NCBI GenBank assembly: GCA_964304625.1
Contig: OZ199839.1
Coordinates: forward strand, 11,376,847 to 11,440,846
Origin: Kudoa neothunni
Taxonomy: Eukaryota > Animalia > Cnidaria
DNA length: 64,000 nt
Direction: 5' to 3'
The first letter of the stretch is position 1. The number at the start of each line of letters is the position of its first letter. This document shows, one piece after another, positions 40,001-56,468 of this stretch. Position numbers and translations under genes: made by a program. The notes below the pieces were generated by a model. That model did no database searches, had not been told where the DNA came from, and saw only the letters and a program-made list of their open reading frames with translations.

Positions 40001-40794
40001 TAGTTCAAGATTATTTTACAAAATGGGGAGAAGCCATTCCTATGAAGGACCAAGAAGCACATACTGTGGTCAGGAAGTTAACGGGTGCTGTATTTTCAAA
40101 ATTTGGACTCCCATCGGTAATTCACACTGACCAAGGAACAAATTTTGAATCGAAACTTTTTCAAAATATGTGTAAAATGTTCGGCATATCAAAAACAAGA
40201 ACATGTGCATTTAACCCAAAATCGGATGGGATGGTAGAAAGACTGAATCGAACGTTGATTGATATGGTGAGCAAGCTTGTCCATAAGGACAACGAGTGGG
40301 ATACCTTATTACCTACAGTGATGATGGCTTACCGATCATCAACCCATAGTTCAACTGGATATTCTCCAAATTATTTGATGCTGGGAAGGGAAGTACGAAC
40401 ACCACTTGAAACGATATCTCAACTAAACGCACATAATTATTCACATGATGACTATGTTAAATGCATTGGAACTGATCTGAGACTGGCGAAACAAATTGCA
40501 TTGGATAACCTCAAAGCTAATTTGGGCAGGACTAAGACTGCCTACAATAAAAAAGCCTATGGAAAACCTTATAACCCAGGTGAAAAAGTTTGGTTGGTCA
40601 TTAATAATAGACAAAGTAAATTGGAACCATATTACAAAGGCCCCTACGTAGTTAAAGAAAAATTGTCTGACTCTGTCTATAGACTAGAGGGACAAGGTAA
40701 AGTTTTGGTGACTAATTTTGATAAATTAAAACCCTTCATTCAACGACGGTTGATAGAAGACAATTTTGAAGAGGATGCAATGTTACCAAGGTGA
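37033..40794 (+). CDS. Single-ORF Gag-Pol polyprotein (Gag-CCHC-PR-RT-RH-IN), 1253 aa from ATG 37033
   Basis: CFKCGQKGHIKNNC, LIDTGAQVS, YLDD, LDTDAS, HHCC finger, DDE core and YKGPY. No stops or frameshifts. The first true ATG is at 37033, inside the 5' LTR. Confidence 0.95.
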   Translation: MASMHAANIGAVAKVEPFNGRNVDAWIAKLEILLLHDGILPERWTLELLVLLSADVFQIVQEAGYTINSSYHEIKAYLTARFGEKKDRYVAQRELVDCVQREGQTITEFAEEIRRKTRLAHSNIPENAKEEIAKNQFIHGLSNSETKRTLLVKDFESFDLVYQFAERLEFAASKFNTRAENGRNEVLAMDSQNIIQRLIDRLDELEKTLVKKKKTLRCFKCGQKGHIKNNCKLYESSGFKYVDFLFLHCHINGKDIRALIDTGAQVSLVSLSFVNKSGIPLLRAKDELPLVAATGNRLNIKGTIDVSLQYNGKECRQKLLVVENLIHDCIIGLNILKVWNFELIIDSERISNNVEKPIIAPVIGNCGIKSMTRKVAVVHKIDTNNTKPIKDFKRRIPYHKRKQMNEIISSMLERGIIEESNSDWAFNSVLVPKKNGKWRLCVDYRRLNAVTVKDSYPLPRIDDVMDTLGNANVFTVLDLKDGYHHIPIDIKDKQKTAFYGVDGLYQFVKMPFGLCNAPATFQRMINLILKECIGVCCLVYLDDIIIFSKDLETNKNDVRKIVTLLELYNLKINNEKSVYYKSEVTFLGHVINADGIKPDKNKVKAIKNWPTPTKIVELQCFLGLLNYYRRFIDKFSQISNPLCRLLRNDVPWNWSPECQKSFDMLKKKLMECVLLAHPNWNESFILDTDASNQSIGAVLSQVIDGEERVVAFASRSLLDRERNYSVTRKELLALVHFINHFKFYLHGKKFLARTDHHALKWLLSFKKPEGQVARWLEHLSQYEFDVVYREGKMHGNADALSRVPEITQALALSIQGLSNDVIINRQRNDAILNKIIGWIESNRMPKKVPKELDKRIQTLWLLRKCLRLDNSILCREFVDPKTKEVTLRVVIPESLKSMILELAHDNVTSGHLGHEKVAQNIRRNYYWPLQNVDIKNWCQSCEICARRNRPTRKFVSEMDTSVSSYPMERIAIDMVGPLPTTYKGNRFICVVQDYFTKWGEAIPMKDQEAHTVVRKLTGAVFSKFGLPSVIHTDQGTNFESKLFQNMCKMFGISKTRTCAFNPKSDGMVERLNRTLIDMVSKLVHKDNEWDTLLPTVMMAYRSSTHSSTGYSPNYLMLGREVRTPLETISQLNAHNYSHDDYVKCIGTDLRLAKQIALDNLKANLGRTKTAYNKKAYGKPYNPGEKVWLVINNRQSKLEPYYKGPYVVKEKLSDSVYRLEGQGKVLVTNFDKLKPFIQRRLIEDNFEEDAMLPR

Positions 40795-40878
40795 TTATTA
40801 GTAATCAACCGTTTAGTATTCCTAGTTCGATATATATCGTAGCTTTTAATAATATGGCCTCTATGCATGCAGCTAACA
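40781..40878 (+). repeat. 3' LTR (98 bp)
   Basis: Exact direct repeat of 36960-37057. Contains the pol stop codon TGA at 40792-40794. Confidence 0.97.
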
Positions 40879-41533
40879 TTTGGGTTTCTTAGTAGACTTT
40901 AAAAAATACAAAATTAACTACAAAAATACAAATGGATTGTCTACTTTCTTATAGATTGGTGAATTTGTAGTGTAAACTTTTTGTAAACAGATTAGCGCTG
41001 ATTAATAATGAGCTTACCACTGCACGTGATTCGCTATAATGTTGAGTGATATGCGTAGATAACTTTAATTTATATTATTATAATAAAATTATAACTTTAA
41101 CTTAACTCTTTTTTACACTTTAAACTAAGTTAACAAGTTCCGCAACAGTCGTTCGTGTGTAGGGGGAAACTCGGTGTAAACGAAGATTAGGTGTTTATGC
41201 GGGAGATTAATACACGTGAATAAATTATATACTTAGGACGTTAAATTAAAGATAAAAAATCTTAAATATCTTTTTAAATAAACGTAAAATGATATTATCA
41301 CGTTATAATTAAATGAAACATTGTTAACAACTTTTAGATTACTAGTTCATCGACGGGCTAATTAAAGTGATTAATACGCCATTTGAGTTGTAAGAATTTA
41401 TGATTTCTAAATAAAAATAAAGTCCAATAAAGAATGAAGTTAGGATGATGGGGTTAGTGCTGTTTATTTCGATTAACACCGTCGTTAAAAGAACGATAAA
41501 ATAATTATAATTGACTTTGAACATAAAAGGACC

Positions 41534-42390
41534 TTGGCCTATTCAAGACTTAAGCAGGTGTGGTCGGGCAAGGAAGCCCACGCGAAGGTGTGTCTTTTGG
41601 GGCTAGTTATGAATAAATTTCAAGATAATTCGTCCAAGTTATCGGTCTCCTATATTTTTGAGTTGGTTTATTTGTGGGTTACAGAAGGGCTTGGATGCCA
41701 GGCGATTATTTTAACTGGAATAACAGGCAAAATCATTACGTGTTGGTACTCATCCTTAAGAGAAATTTGTTGGAGAAGTTTTCAGCGGCGTAAAAAGAAT
41801 CATTGAAAGAGACGAATGTCTTTCGAGGGGAGACGGAAGAATAATTGTGGTAGGTACTTGGGAGCAGATGTCTGGAGAAACGTATTCTCCATCGTCATCT
41901 GATGATGACACGGATGACGATCCTGGTGGCACTAATGTCCAAAGATATGGGAACAGGACAAAAGGTCCACGGTTAGTTGGGATTTGTGAATGTTCCGATG
42001 ACGATGAAGATAAATGTGAATTGCTGGAGTCGAGATTTTTCATTGTGGATCGAAGGGATAAATGTACCCTTATACCCCTAATTCTTCAAGTGATATCACA
42101 TGGCTCCACAATATACACAGACGAATGGAGAGGATTCAAACGATTAAGAATTTACGGGTATAACCATATAACTATAAACCACTCAAAAGAGTACGTCACG
42201 GGTAACGTACATCATACAAACACTGTAGAGGTTGTATGACAATTTAAAAACGAAGCTTTAAGAACGATGAGTGGGGTGCCGAAAGATATGCTTCATTTAT
42301 ATCCGGCTGAGGAGTGGTTACGATCGAAACGTGAAAATCCATGAGAGTTTTTCGATTTTATTTTGAAAGAAATAACAAGAATATAGTCCA
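41534..42390 (+). mobile_element. Degenerate Merlin / IS1595(ISXO2)-like transposase
   Basis: RFFIVDRRDKCTLIPLI..GSTIYTDEWRGF..GYNHITINHSKEYV..HTNTVE motifs. Frameshifted; ends not resolved. Confidence 0.85.
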
Positions 42391-44715
42391 TTACCAATCA
42401 AAATAATAGTAATAATAATAATAATACAAGAAATAATGGAAATTAGTGCATTCAATTTTATTGTTTGGTTTTTCTTCGAATTGCGGACACACATTTAACA
42501 TCTTTTTATATAAGTAAATTTAAACTTTTCTGTATTGTATCATTAAGGTATGTACATTTAAAAGTTATGGAGAATATAGTTTTGACTACGAAAGTTTATT
42601 AGCAATATTGTAAAAGATAATTACTTGATTGATAGATCATAAGCTCCACCAAATGAATACACTAATGCGTTAAAGAGCGATATATATTTTTGTGCTGATG
42701 ATTTTTTTACTTCCATGTAATATAACTTGTTAAAAATTCATAACAACCGTGGGTTACTTGTTGGTTGTCTTGTGTGACGAAATAATAAAAATAAACAAAA
42801 TGCTTCATTTTTAGTATGTTTATGTTTGTCTAGAACTAGAGATCATTATTTAACCTTCTTACACGAGATAAATTCTTATAATTATTAATGTATCTTTTCA
42901 ATGATTGTATTTCCCATATACAGTAATTTATTAAATAATTTATAAGTTTCTAATGTATTACAAATGAGATTTCCCCGATACCAGCTTTGGACCAGTACTC
43001 GGCACTCGACAAAAAGTACCGATAGCAATAAGATTTCGTTTTTTAAAACCAGTGTATAATAAAGAATAGTGTGTCAAATTACATTAAAATGTATCAAGAT
43101 ATCTTTAAATTGGCTCTTTAAAATTATTCATATATTTTTATAAATCTTTACACATTTCATCATTGAATAGTACAAAAAACATATAAGGTTTGCAATATTC
43201 ATTAGGCCTGTCAATAAAATATCAGGTAATGGTAAAGTATGAGGAACTTAAAAAACGTCCTCTTTCGCATGTTTTTTCACAATTCTTTTTTCAACGAACA
43301 TTGAATTGATCTCTAATTTGTTTTGATAATCATTCATAAATCGGTTATTGTTCATATATTTTACTATGTAAACACAAATTTTGCAATATCAAATTTAATT
43401 ACACGTGTTTTTATAGGTTTTAAGCATGAATAATTTAAAAGCGAAAAGACAACCACGGGCTCTCAAAATATATTTTCTTAATTTTCTTGGAGCCGATGAG
43501 TTTATTAATAACTAATCAACATTATATTTTAGATCTACATTTGATTTCAATAAGGAAATAACTTATGATAGATTATAGTAAGTTTTCATTTTTTAGGAGG
43601 AATTCTTACGTGTGTTTAGTATAGCATTCAGTAAACGTAAAAATGTAGTTATAAAAAAACGAAAAAATGGTTATCTCCAAAAAATTATTATTTATAATAA
43701 ATTATATATGTACAGGTAAAAATAATAATTATAATTAGCGTATGTTGACATTTTAAAATATTCTCAATTCGTTTATTTTGCCGAATTCATTGTTAAGGAA
43801 TTTTGGCATATAAAAAAACTTTAAAACAATAAAAATATAGTTAAAAATTTTTTCAATGTTTTACGCCTACTTCAAAGAAAAAAAATTAATATAATCATTA
43901 TTAAAAATTAGGTTCCTGAATTTTATTGATAAAAACTGAATAATTTTTTAATTTCTATCAAGAAATTAAATACAAAAAATTATAAACAAAACAAATTGTG
44001 TGACATCAATATCTATTCTTTAAAATTCAAAAAGTATTTTCATTATAGTGAAAAATGAGTTGTTTTTTTTTTTGAAATTTGCAAAATGTTTATTTTTAAA
44101 GTTATTTTATATAGAAATTTTATATATCAACAGTAAAAAATAAAAATAGTAATGATAAATAATTTTGAAGATAATAACTAAGAGAGGAAAAAAATAATTA
44201 AATGTTTGTTGAAAAAAGCGTATTAAGGTTTGTGCGGGACCAAAAGATATTAATTTGAGCAATACAAAATTAATTTTACTGTTTTTTCTCCATATCTATT
44301 ACTATTTCTTTTTTTAACCCTTAAAAAGTTAGTGGTGCACACATTTTCCGAGCCCATCCCGAATTCGACTTTAAAAATCTCCGGGGGAAAAATAACGCAT
44401 TAGAATGCACTTCAAGAGAGTTTGAATAATCCGGTAACGAAAACAAATCTAACATTGATCTTAAGTTATTTAGAATTTGTGGCGGGACAGGAAATTGTTG
44501 ATCAAAAACTCAGGATTTATTTGATACACTCCTGCACAGAAATGATCATAATTTAAATTTTGCTATTCGAAATCATTGAAAGCATTTCATTTAAAAATTT
44601 TTAGTTATTTTGAATCTATGGATTAAGTTGAAACTTCAGTGTATTTTTTCATTATTATTAAGAACCATATCTGTGTGAAATGTTCCTCAAGCAATGCTGG
44701 CAGTTCCCGCTATTA

Positions 44716-47700
44716 CAGGGTGGGCAAATTTCGACCCACGAGAGGCTCCAACACCAGTCGCCAAAATTTTTTTTTATTTATGATCAACTTAAATTTGTAT
44801 ACGTAATTCTCAAAATTAAAATGCTTATTTTAGTTTAAAGAACTTTAATGTGAATTTTATTTAATAATTTAAAATAATTCATCACAAACGTCATGTCCAA
44901 GTGAATTAAGTATTACAATTCTAACATTGCTAAAAACAATCATTCTAAGAGAAAATATAGTTAAAAAAATAAGAAATAATTTCATTAAAACTCGTTTCAT
45001 ATCATAATGTAATTTCTAAATATTAACTTTTACGTTTGAGTTATAAAGGGGTTATCGAAAAAGGACTATATATATTAAATATGATCTCAAATATCTAATA
45101 GATAACATCAGTCATAAAAATTAGAAAATCTCTCTTTATTTGTCCTCAGGAGCTAATTAATCGTGGTATAATAAGATCGCTATAAATTATTTTCCTCCAA
45201 CTTATAATATCATAATGTAAATTTCTTTTAACCGGTATTCATGGATCTACTGATCGATGAACATTTTTCAATTCGAATTATTTCGGATTTTATATATACA
45301 GAGATAAATTTTTTTACCATAATTAAGTGATATAAAATAACAAAACATACCACTCTCAAAAAAAGATGAAAAATATGCCGAATGATGACGTTATAAACAA
45401 CGGTTACCCCTTTCATACTTTTGCTAAAACCTTTGTTTTAAAAATTTTTTGTCTAAACTTTCTTTAGTATACAACATTTATTGAGATGGCTAGTTTCAAT
45501 CTATCTAAAAAAAGAAAAAATCAAGACGAAAGTCGAAGTTTCAATAACGAGGACTGAAAAGTGATTTTTTACCAGCATCAATAATATGGCTTTATGTTTG
45601 ATTTACCGTGATACAATCGCTGTGTACAAATAATACAACTTGAAACGCCATTATCAAGCTAAATATTACAATTTTGGCTGAAACATGTCACAGGAAGAAT
45701 TAAAAAAGAAAACATCTGATATGATACAAAATTTAAAACCCCAACAACAAAATTCACTTTGAAAAGCAACATCCATACAAAGTGATGCAGTGACGACTAG
45801 CTTTATACATTCCCACAAATTTTCAAAACATAACAAGGCATTCTCGGATCGGGCGTATATTAAGGAGTGTTTTATGGATGCTGTTAATGTTGTCTACCCT
45901 GAAGTCATCTCGAAAATTGAAGCTATTCCACTATCACGAAGATCAATCGTTCGACGAATTAAAAATATTTCTCAAAATGCAAAAGAAATCTTGTTAGAAA
46001 AAATCGCCAACCTTGAGTACTATACTATTTTATTGCTTTGGACGAAAATGCAGATGCTGCAGATAACGCTCAATTTTTCAGTTTTGTAGTAGGAATTGAC
46101 CATAATTTCAAAATTACCGAAGAGCTCTTATCACTTGAATCCTTTATGAATACCACAACTTGATAAGATTCTTTTGATTGCGTTATGAATAGTTGGAACA
46201 GTTCTGGTTTAAGCTTGGACAAACTTACCAGTGTCACTACTGACGGAGCGCCTTCACTCGTGGGAAAATACTCTGGGCTAATAAAACTGATAAATGACAA
46301 AATCAATAAAGATTTTCCATCACACAAAATTTTGTCATTTCATTGGATTATACACCAAGAAAGCTTGTTTAATTCTTAAACGAAATTCAAGTATGTTTTG
46401 GACCCTATAGTGTTTACTGCTAATGTGATAAGATCAAGAGCTCTTCTACACAGATATTTTAGAAGCTTTTTAGAGGACAATGAATCGGATTTTACCGATT
46501 TACTCTATTATATTAATCTAGGGGGGTTAACCCTGCCTGCCCGAGGTGGGGCACCCAACGACCCCAAAAGACGCATTTTGTTCATAATTCATAGGAAACT
46601 AAATTATTTTCTCTAAGATTTTTTAAATACCTGTTTGTTGTTTTAAGGCCTCTTTTAAACAATAAAAATTACTGAATATTGTTTGTAAGGTAAAAATGTT
46701 TGCATTGCAAAATGGCACGTTTTCACAAATTTATGTTAACATTCGAATGTCGCTCGCTAGTTTTGATGTATTGTTTATTTGATTATTTTTAATAGTATAA
46801 AATTTATTATATTATTATCAGAAATGTTAAAATTTACAGTAAGCGTGATTGTTTGGAGATTTATGAAAGTTGATCCCACAAGGTTGTGTCAATCCTCTGC
46901 CAGTGCAAAACTTTTGTTACTGTTTGATACTACTTAAGTAAGTTATTACGTTTCAATTATAATAATTTCCTTTTATACTATCAAATAGTATTGTGCTAAA
47001 AAATTATGTCTGAGAAGATAAATCAACTTAATGAAGATTCATCCAGTGGCGACGATGATGTTTCAGAATATGAATTTCTTGAGTCCGATGACAATTTATC
47101 TGATGTTTATATTGAAGATATAAATAATGAAGATGAGATTGAATAATTTTCGGATGACTTAGACTCTGTTCTTATCAATGAAAATCTTGATGTGCTAATT
47201 TCTCGATCTGGTTTTGAGTGGGATATAACACCTCGATTACGAACAAGAGAACCTTCCAATAATATGATTTCTCAACCTTCAATAGATTTTCTAAGTAATG
47301 CAGGCCAGTTTTAAACAATAATTGATATATATTGGACTATTTTTTCAAATGATATCCTTACCGAGTTAACCAAATGTACAAATCAATACCGCCAAACATA
47401 CAAAAAGTTTGTTTGAAGGAGTAGTTTTATTGATGATATAAAAGCTTTTATGAGGGTTTTTCTCGCTTCAGGCAGGGCGAATGGCTCATGTTTAAATCTC
47501 AGAAGTGTATGAGATACCGAACCCTTATTCAAACAATTTTATTATTCTTCAGCGATCTCTAGAGGTCGTTTCAGTCATATTTACCAGGTCGTAAGGTTTG
47601 ATGATAAAGCTACTAGGTAAATGCGGAAACGGGTACCGAATGAAGGTTTTGAGACAATGCGAATGTTTTTAACATGTTTAATGCAAACATTTTGAAAAAT

Positions 47701-50700
47701 TATTGACCTGGGCCGTATTTAACGATTGATGAGAGGACTTGTTAAATTTAGAGGGAGATGTTCTTTCAAGGTCTATATTAAGGGTAAGCCAGGTCGTTAT
47801 GGCGTCAAATTGTGGCCGCCGAGGATGCTGAAACTTCATATCTCCTCCACATGCAACCATATACTGGTAGGTTTGGTGGCACTAGAGATATAAACCAAAG
47901 GTGTTAGAACGGACAATTTTTTTCACTTCTGTTCCACTTGCTCAGGACCTTTTTTGCAATGGTTTAACTCTGACGGGAACTACGAGAGCAAGCAAAGGAG
48001 AAATTCCGGCTAATTTTCTCAAGTCATGAAAACGTGATGTTTTTTCATCCATTTTTGGTTTCAATGGAGATCTCACATTGGTCTCGTACGTGTCCGAAAA
48101 AATTACTCCGTAAACCTTTGTTTAGTCAACACCTTGATAACTCAATACATGACGAAGACCAAAAGAGGCCTGACATCACCATGCGTTACAACAAACAAAG
48201 GGTGATGTTGATATGGCTGACAAAATGACCGCCCAATATTCCGGCGGCAGACCTACGAACGAGATGGTCATTGCAAATGTTTTATGGGCACGCTCGATAT
48301 AGCTTGGATAAATGCCTATATTTTATGGATAAAAAGCATCCTGAATGGCAACAATCAAGTAGAAGTTGGAAACACTGTTCATACGACCGGTTATCCACTG
48401 AATTAGCACGAGAACATGTATCACTGCGCAAGATAACCAAGAAAGATTGCCAATTTACATTAAGCATGGATTTCGTTTATTTGAATAAAATACCCAACAA
48501 TGATTCTTCGTCATTCGAATCGAGTTCTTTGTATCAGTTAAGTAGGAAACGATGTTTTTTGTCCAAGAAACCAAGATTAAAAGTCACAGATATTGTGTTT
48601 CAATTGCCAACAATCTGTTTGATTTTTTATGTTTTCAACCTTGTATGAATATAATGGCGTCGTCAATATACACAGTAAAACGTCGCTGCTATCTTTTTAA
48701 ATATAAGACACAATAATTAATCTTTTTGTCACATAATTTTTAAAATTTTTTTGTTATTGATATTGCATTTTGACTCAACCTATGCTTAATTCTCTGATTA
48801 AATCCAAAATGAAGCTTTAATACCTGAATCGATAATCGGAATAGTTGAATTGTTTCAAAATTATATGTTTTGACCCATAGAATGATTTCACGAAATAGGT
48901 GAATAAATGAGAAAAAAAGTGACGTTATATTCTCTAACCGAAAACTCTATGGGATTTGAGTAAATTTTTTAAACTATGCACGGAAATAAGTCTTTCAAGA
49001 TTTTTATATCCACATTTAAAGCTCTCGTTTAAAAAGTTTGAGCTTTTCGAACTTTTTAAAAATTAAGGTCACCCGCAAAAGAATTTTAGATAGTAAAGTA
49101 TCAACTATAAGGAATAATTAACTGTCTATAATGTTTATTGTATTTTAAATAATAAGAAATTTTTTCCTCCGATGTTCATTTGAATGATCCAGTAATAAAA
49201 GGATATATAAACGTTTACAAAATTTGAATCAATCCCAAAAGGTTGTGGTTAAAGAGTATAACTGTTGAAATACATGATTCTCTGATGTTACACTTACTCA
49301 AACTGAGTTTTCCCTTCGTAGTATTGTTGATGTTTCGCCCGTAAAACCGAAAATTAAATTATTACATTTCGTTTTAAAATAAAAAAAAGATCGAAGTTTA
49401 AAAAAGAGGAAATAAACTTGACTGAGAAATGGAGGCTTAGGACTCGAATAACTTGAATTATAATGTCAGAAAAAATAATTAAGCGTGAAAATTTTAAAAT
49501 GTAACAGATTATGACTGAAGAATTCAGCAAACAGCAACAATACAAAATCCTTCATCACTGGGATCGAAAATTTGCTTATACCGGCCACGACTAAAAGTTG
49601 CGTTTCGATGTGTGGTTTGTTGTTGATAGCGTATATCATGCTAAACTTTGGTTTTTTTAACTTTCCTTATCAGAGAAAGAATTATATCTACAAAGCAATT
49701 CCCATAGTCGGAACATTACCGATTAAAACCCATGCATTTCATTTTGTGTACAAAATGTTGCAGCTAATAAACAATGCTATTTTTTGTAATGAAGGAAATA
49801 AAAATTCAGTTAAATTTTTGTTTTTATTAGCTTAATACTGTATATTAAATTAACTAATAATAATTCAAGCGTGGTAAAATTTAATTAACATTGCTTTCTT
49901 CTGGGGTCGCTGCGCTGAGTGCATCATCTCGGCGCAGGGTAATTTTTATTCACTCGGTACAGGGAAGGTAGAGTATGGGCGCAGAAAACCGAATTTTTTG
50001 TTGACAATGGACACTAGTTGCGATTTTGTTGATGAAATTAAATATCTTGTATGGTTATGTTATGTACTTTCGCATTCGCTGTGGATATTATGGAAATCAT
50101 GAATCGATTGAATGCAAAATTACAAGGGGAAGGTTTATTTGCGCACGAGTTATATTTGGAAGTGAAATTCTTCCAAATAAAACTTCAGCTATTTTCCAAT
50201 CAACTTAAAAATCGAAAGTTTTCCCATTGTCCAACATTGAAGGTTCAAAATCCCCCCAAAACTTTATGCGATAATTATTGTTCAAAGTTAATAGGGTTAA
50301 AAGATGAGTTTGCCAGAAGATTTTCCCGTTTTAGGTTAATCGAAGGTGACTTTACTTTGCTCTGTTCGCCTGCTACTTTGACATTGAAACATCCCCAGAA
50401 GAACTGCAGTTAGAATTAATAGATCCACAAGCTGACATATCCCTAAAAAAATGTTCGAAACAAAAAATTTGATTAGTCTTTACTCTGCTCTCAACAATGA
50501 TAAGTTACCTAATTTGAGAAAGTTTGCTAAAAGAATGTTTGTTATTTTTGCATCAACATACATATGTGAACAAACGTTTTCGGTAATGAAAATAAACAAG
50601 TCTCAAAATAGAGCGATAATGACGGATTCCAATCTGTGCTCGATTATGAGAATAAGTACAAGTTGATTAAAACTAAAACCCGATTTTGAAAAAATTATTA

Positions 50701-51090
50701 ATTATAGTTACCAGTTCCATAAATCACATTAGTTCGTTTTATTTGGTATTATTTTTGTTTTTATTTGCTCGCTAATGAGAAATCTCCTTATTAAATTAAA
50801 CTACTACGGAAAATTTTGTAATTAGAATACTTTGCGTTGCTTTTAAGAAGACGAATTATTTCAAATTTTTGGAATAGGGGCTATTTTAAAAGCTCATACG
50901 ATTCGGAAATATCTTCATGTGTAAATAATACTTAGGGTTGTAATAAGAAAAAATATTAAAATTTATTTTATTAATGAAAACATATGTAATAGATAAACGA
51001 TGATTTTTAAAATATTGTTTATCTTTGATCAATACAAGAAGTTATTTTGATGGGTGCGGCCTGTGGATCAAAAAAGTTTTCCCATCCCTG
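44716..51090 (+). mobile_element. Degenerate hAT (GTF2IRD2/SPIN-like Buster) split by a piggyBac
   Basis: Termini CAGGGTGGGCAAA (44716) and TTTCCCATCCCTG (51078-51090). Transposase pieces 45487-46526 (VTTDGAPSLVG, FHWIIHQE) and 50051-50666 (FASTYICEQTFS). Confidence 0.85.
46531..49939 (+). mobile_element. Degenerate piggyBac nested in hAT transposase
   Basis: TTAA|CCCTGCCTGCCCGAGGTGG...CGACCCC left TIR and GGGGTCG...CTCGGCGCAGGG|TAA right TIR. Remnants FRGRCSFKVYIKGKPGRYGVKLW and TSVPLAQDL. Confidence 0.88.
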
Positions 51091-51830
51091 AACTAAAGCA
51101 TTGTTAATTAGAGTGTATGACAACCCAGAGTCCAATAATCCATAATATTGACCATTATTATAAGGCAAGATACAACGAATCAATAAGTTGTTTGGAATGC
51201 TGCTCAGGCTACCTATCGCAGTTTGGATGGCATTGTTCGGTGTAGTTGGTTTCGGGAGCGAGATCCTAGAGCAGGCTAGCCCACTCTGACATTTCCCGAG
51301 TGGAATCCGCATTTATTGACCATATGGTATTGTTTACCACATGCTCTACAACGGATGAGTACTTTACATACATCAGCTAGTGATAGTTGCTGTCACATTA
51401 GAAGCATTCCCGCTTAATTCTAGTACAATCTCTGCCTAATGACGATTTAATCGCATTCGGGCAACCCGTTGGATTTTGCGGTTCCTACGTTGATATAAGA
51501 TTGGACATTTTCCCCTTTACGAATCGCGACCATTGGAGTTCTTTATTGGTCAAATTCGCGTAACACTTAGTTATGTTCATTTTAAGCGACTCAGTGGCGC
51601 CAAACTGCAATCTGTCTTGTTTATTTGGTTCCAACAAAATTCAAAGATGAGTATGAATGGACAGCAGGAGGTATGCATGGTACTGGTGTGTGGTGAAGTT
51701 TTTCATTAATGTTCGTGCTTCAATCTGTTCCAATTTCTCTTCCAGGGCAATTAAAAATTTAATTCCACTATTTTCATGACTTTTAACCTTTTACACCAAA
51801 TGTAACTAGACGCAGGAGAGACACAATTAC
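51091..51830 (-). mobile_element. Truncated LTR retrotransposon 5' fragment (LTR end/PBS, gag CCHC, protease)
   Basis: Minus strand ...GTTACA TT TGGTGTAAAAG (LTR end plus PBS-like), CRACGKQYHMVNKC zinc knuckle and GLLDSGLSYTLI aspartic protease, cut off by the hAT right TIR. Confidence 0.7.
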
Positions 51831-52801
51831 AATAGTGACCTCACCTGCACGACGCCTCCCACTATAATAAGGAGGTAATCCATACAAAGGTATTTATATT
51901 GTGTAGAAATCAAAGTTTTCGAAGAGTTTCTATACGAAGAATAAATAAACTTTAACACAATGGATAAACATACGTTAGAGTTGATAATGAGAAAATTAAA
52001 ATGCATCTCACACGCGCTCACAACCATTTACGTTTAGCTCACCCAAGGTGTATCTCATATTTATTTTAGCTTATTTTTATTTTATTTCCAAGCTAAATCG
52101 ATTGAAACTCGAAAGAATATGATATATAATGAGAATAGAAAATTTAATGACGTTTGACAGTAAAATGTTTTTTTCAACAGGGGATGAACATTATTAGCCG
52201 CCTGTTATGCCATTCGTTATTCAATTTAAATTAAAAACATCTAGTGAACTCATCATTCATGGAATATTTTGAATACTGCACTGCGCTTAAAGTTTCATAA
52301 ACTTATCTTAAGCGCGAACTATAATAACTCCAACTTATTAAACCTTCTGAACCCGTGTCTTATCGAAATTAAATATGACCCCAAACTACAACCAAAGGAT
52401 TGTGGTTGTGCTTGTCAACCGTCATTGCAATAGAGTCAATCAGAATTTGAACAATCACACTCGGAGGGTTCGTCCGAATCATGGTGAAACTGCGAAGTCT
52501 ACAAGGGTTCTCATCACGACTCTAACACGAACCACCTAGTTCAGTCGAAAAAGTATTTACCGAGGATACGAATAATGCGAAACCACATTAATGACGTCAT
52601 CCATGCTTAAAATATATTAATAATCGTTCAATTTATATCTTAATTATATATAATTAAATGTTATATATAAAAAAAATATGTATAATTTTAATCACCTGTT
52701 AATTCTTTAAGTAAACCAAAAATCAATGTATTGTGCACATGCGCATTAAAAATGAAATCAGATCGCAATGAACAAATGAACTAAAAATATTATTGAATAA
52801 A

Positions 52802-56468
<3,667 letters not shown>

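Larger units (their letters stand above)
36960..40878 (+). mobile_element. Intact, recently inserted Ty3/Gypsy LTR retrotransposon, 3,919 bp, 98-bp LTRs
   Basis: Identical LTRs 36960-37057 and 40781-40878 (TGTTA...TAACA). TSD TTTGG at 36955-36959 and 40879-40883. PBS TGGCGCAGTGG at 37059-37069. Purine-rich tract GAAGAGGATGCAA before the 3' LTR. Confidence 0.97.

Noticed and set aside
49960-50055. FVDEIKYL, resembling a LINE RT motif, between piggyBac end and hAT resumption
   Set aside because: Too short to support a call.
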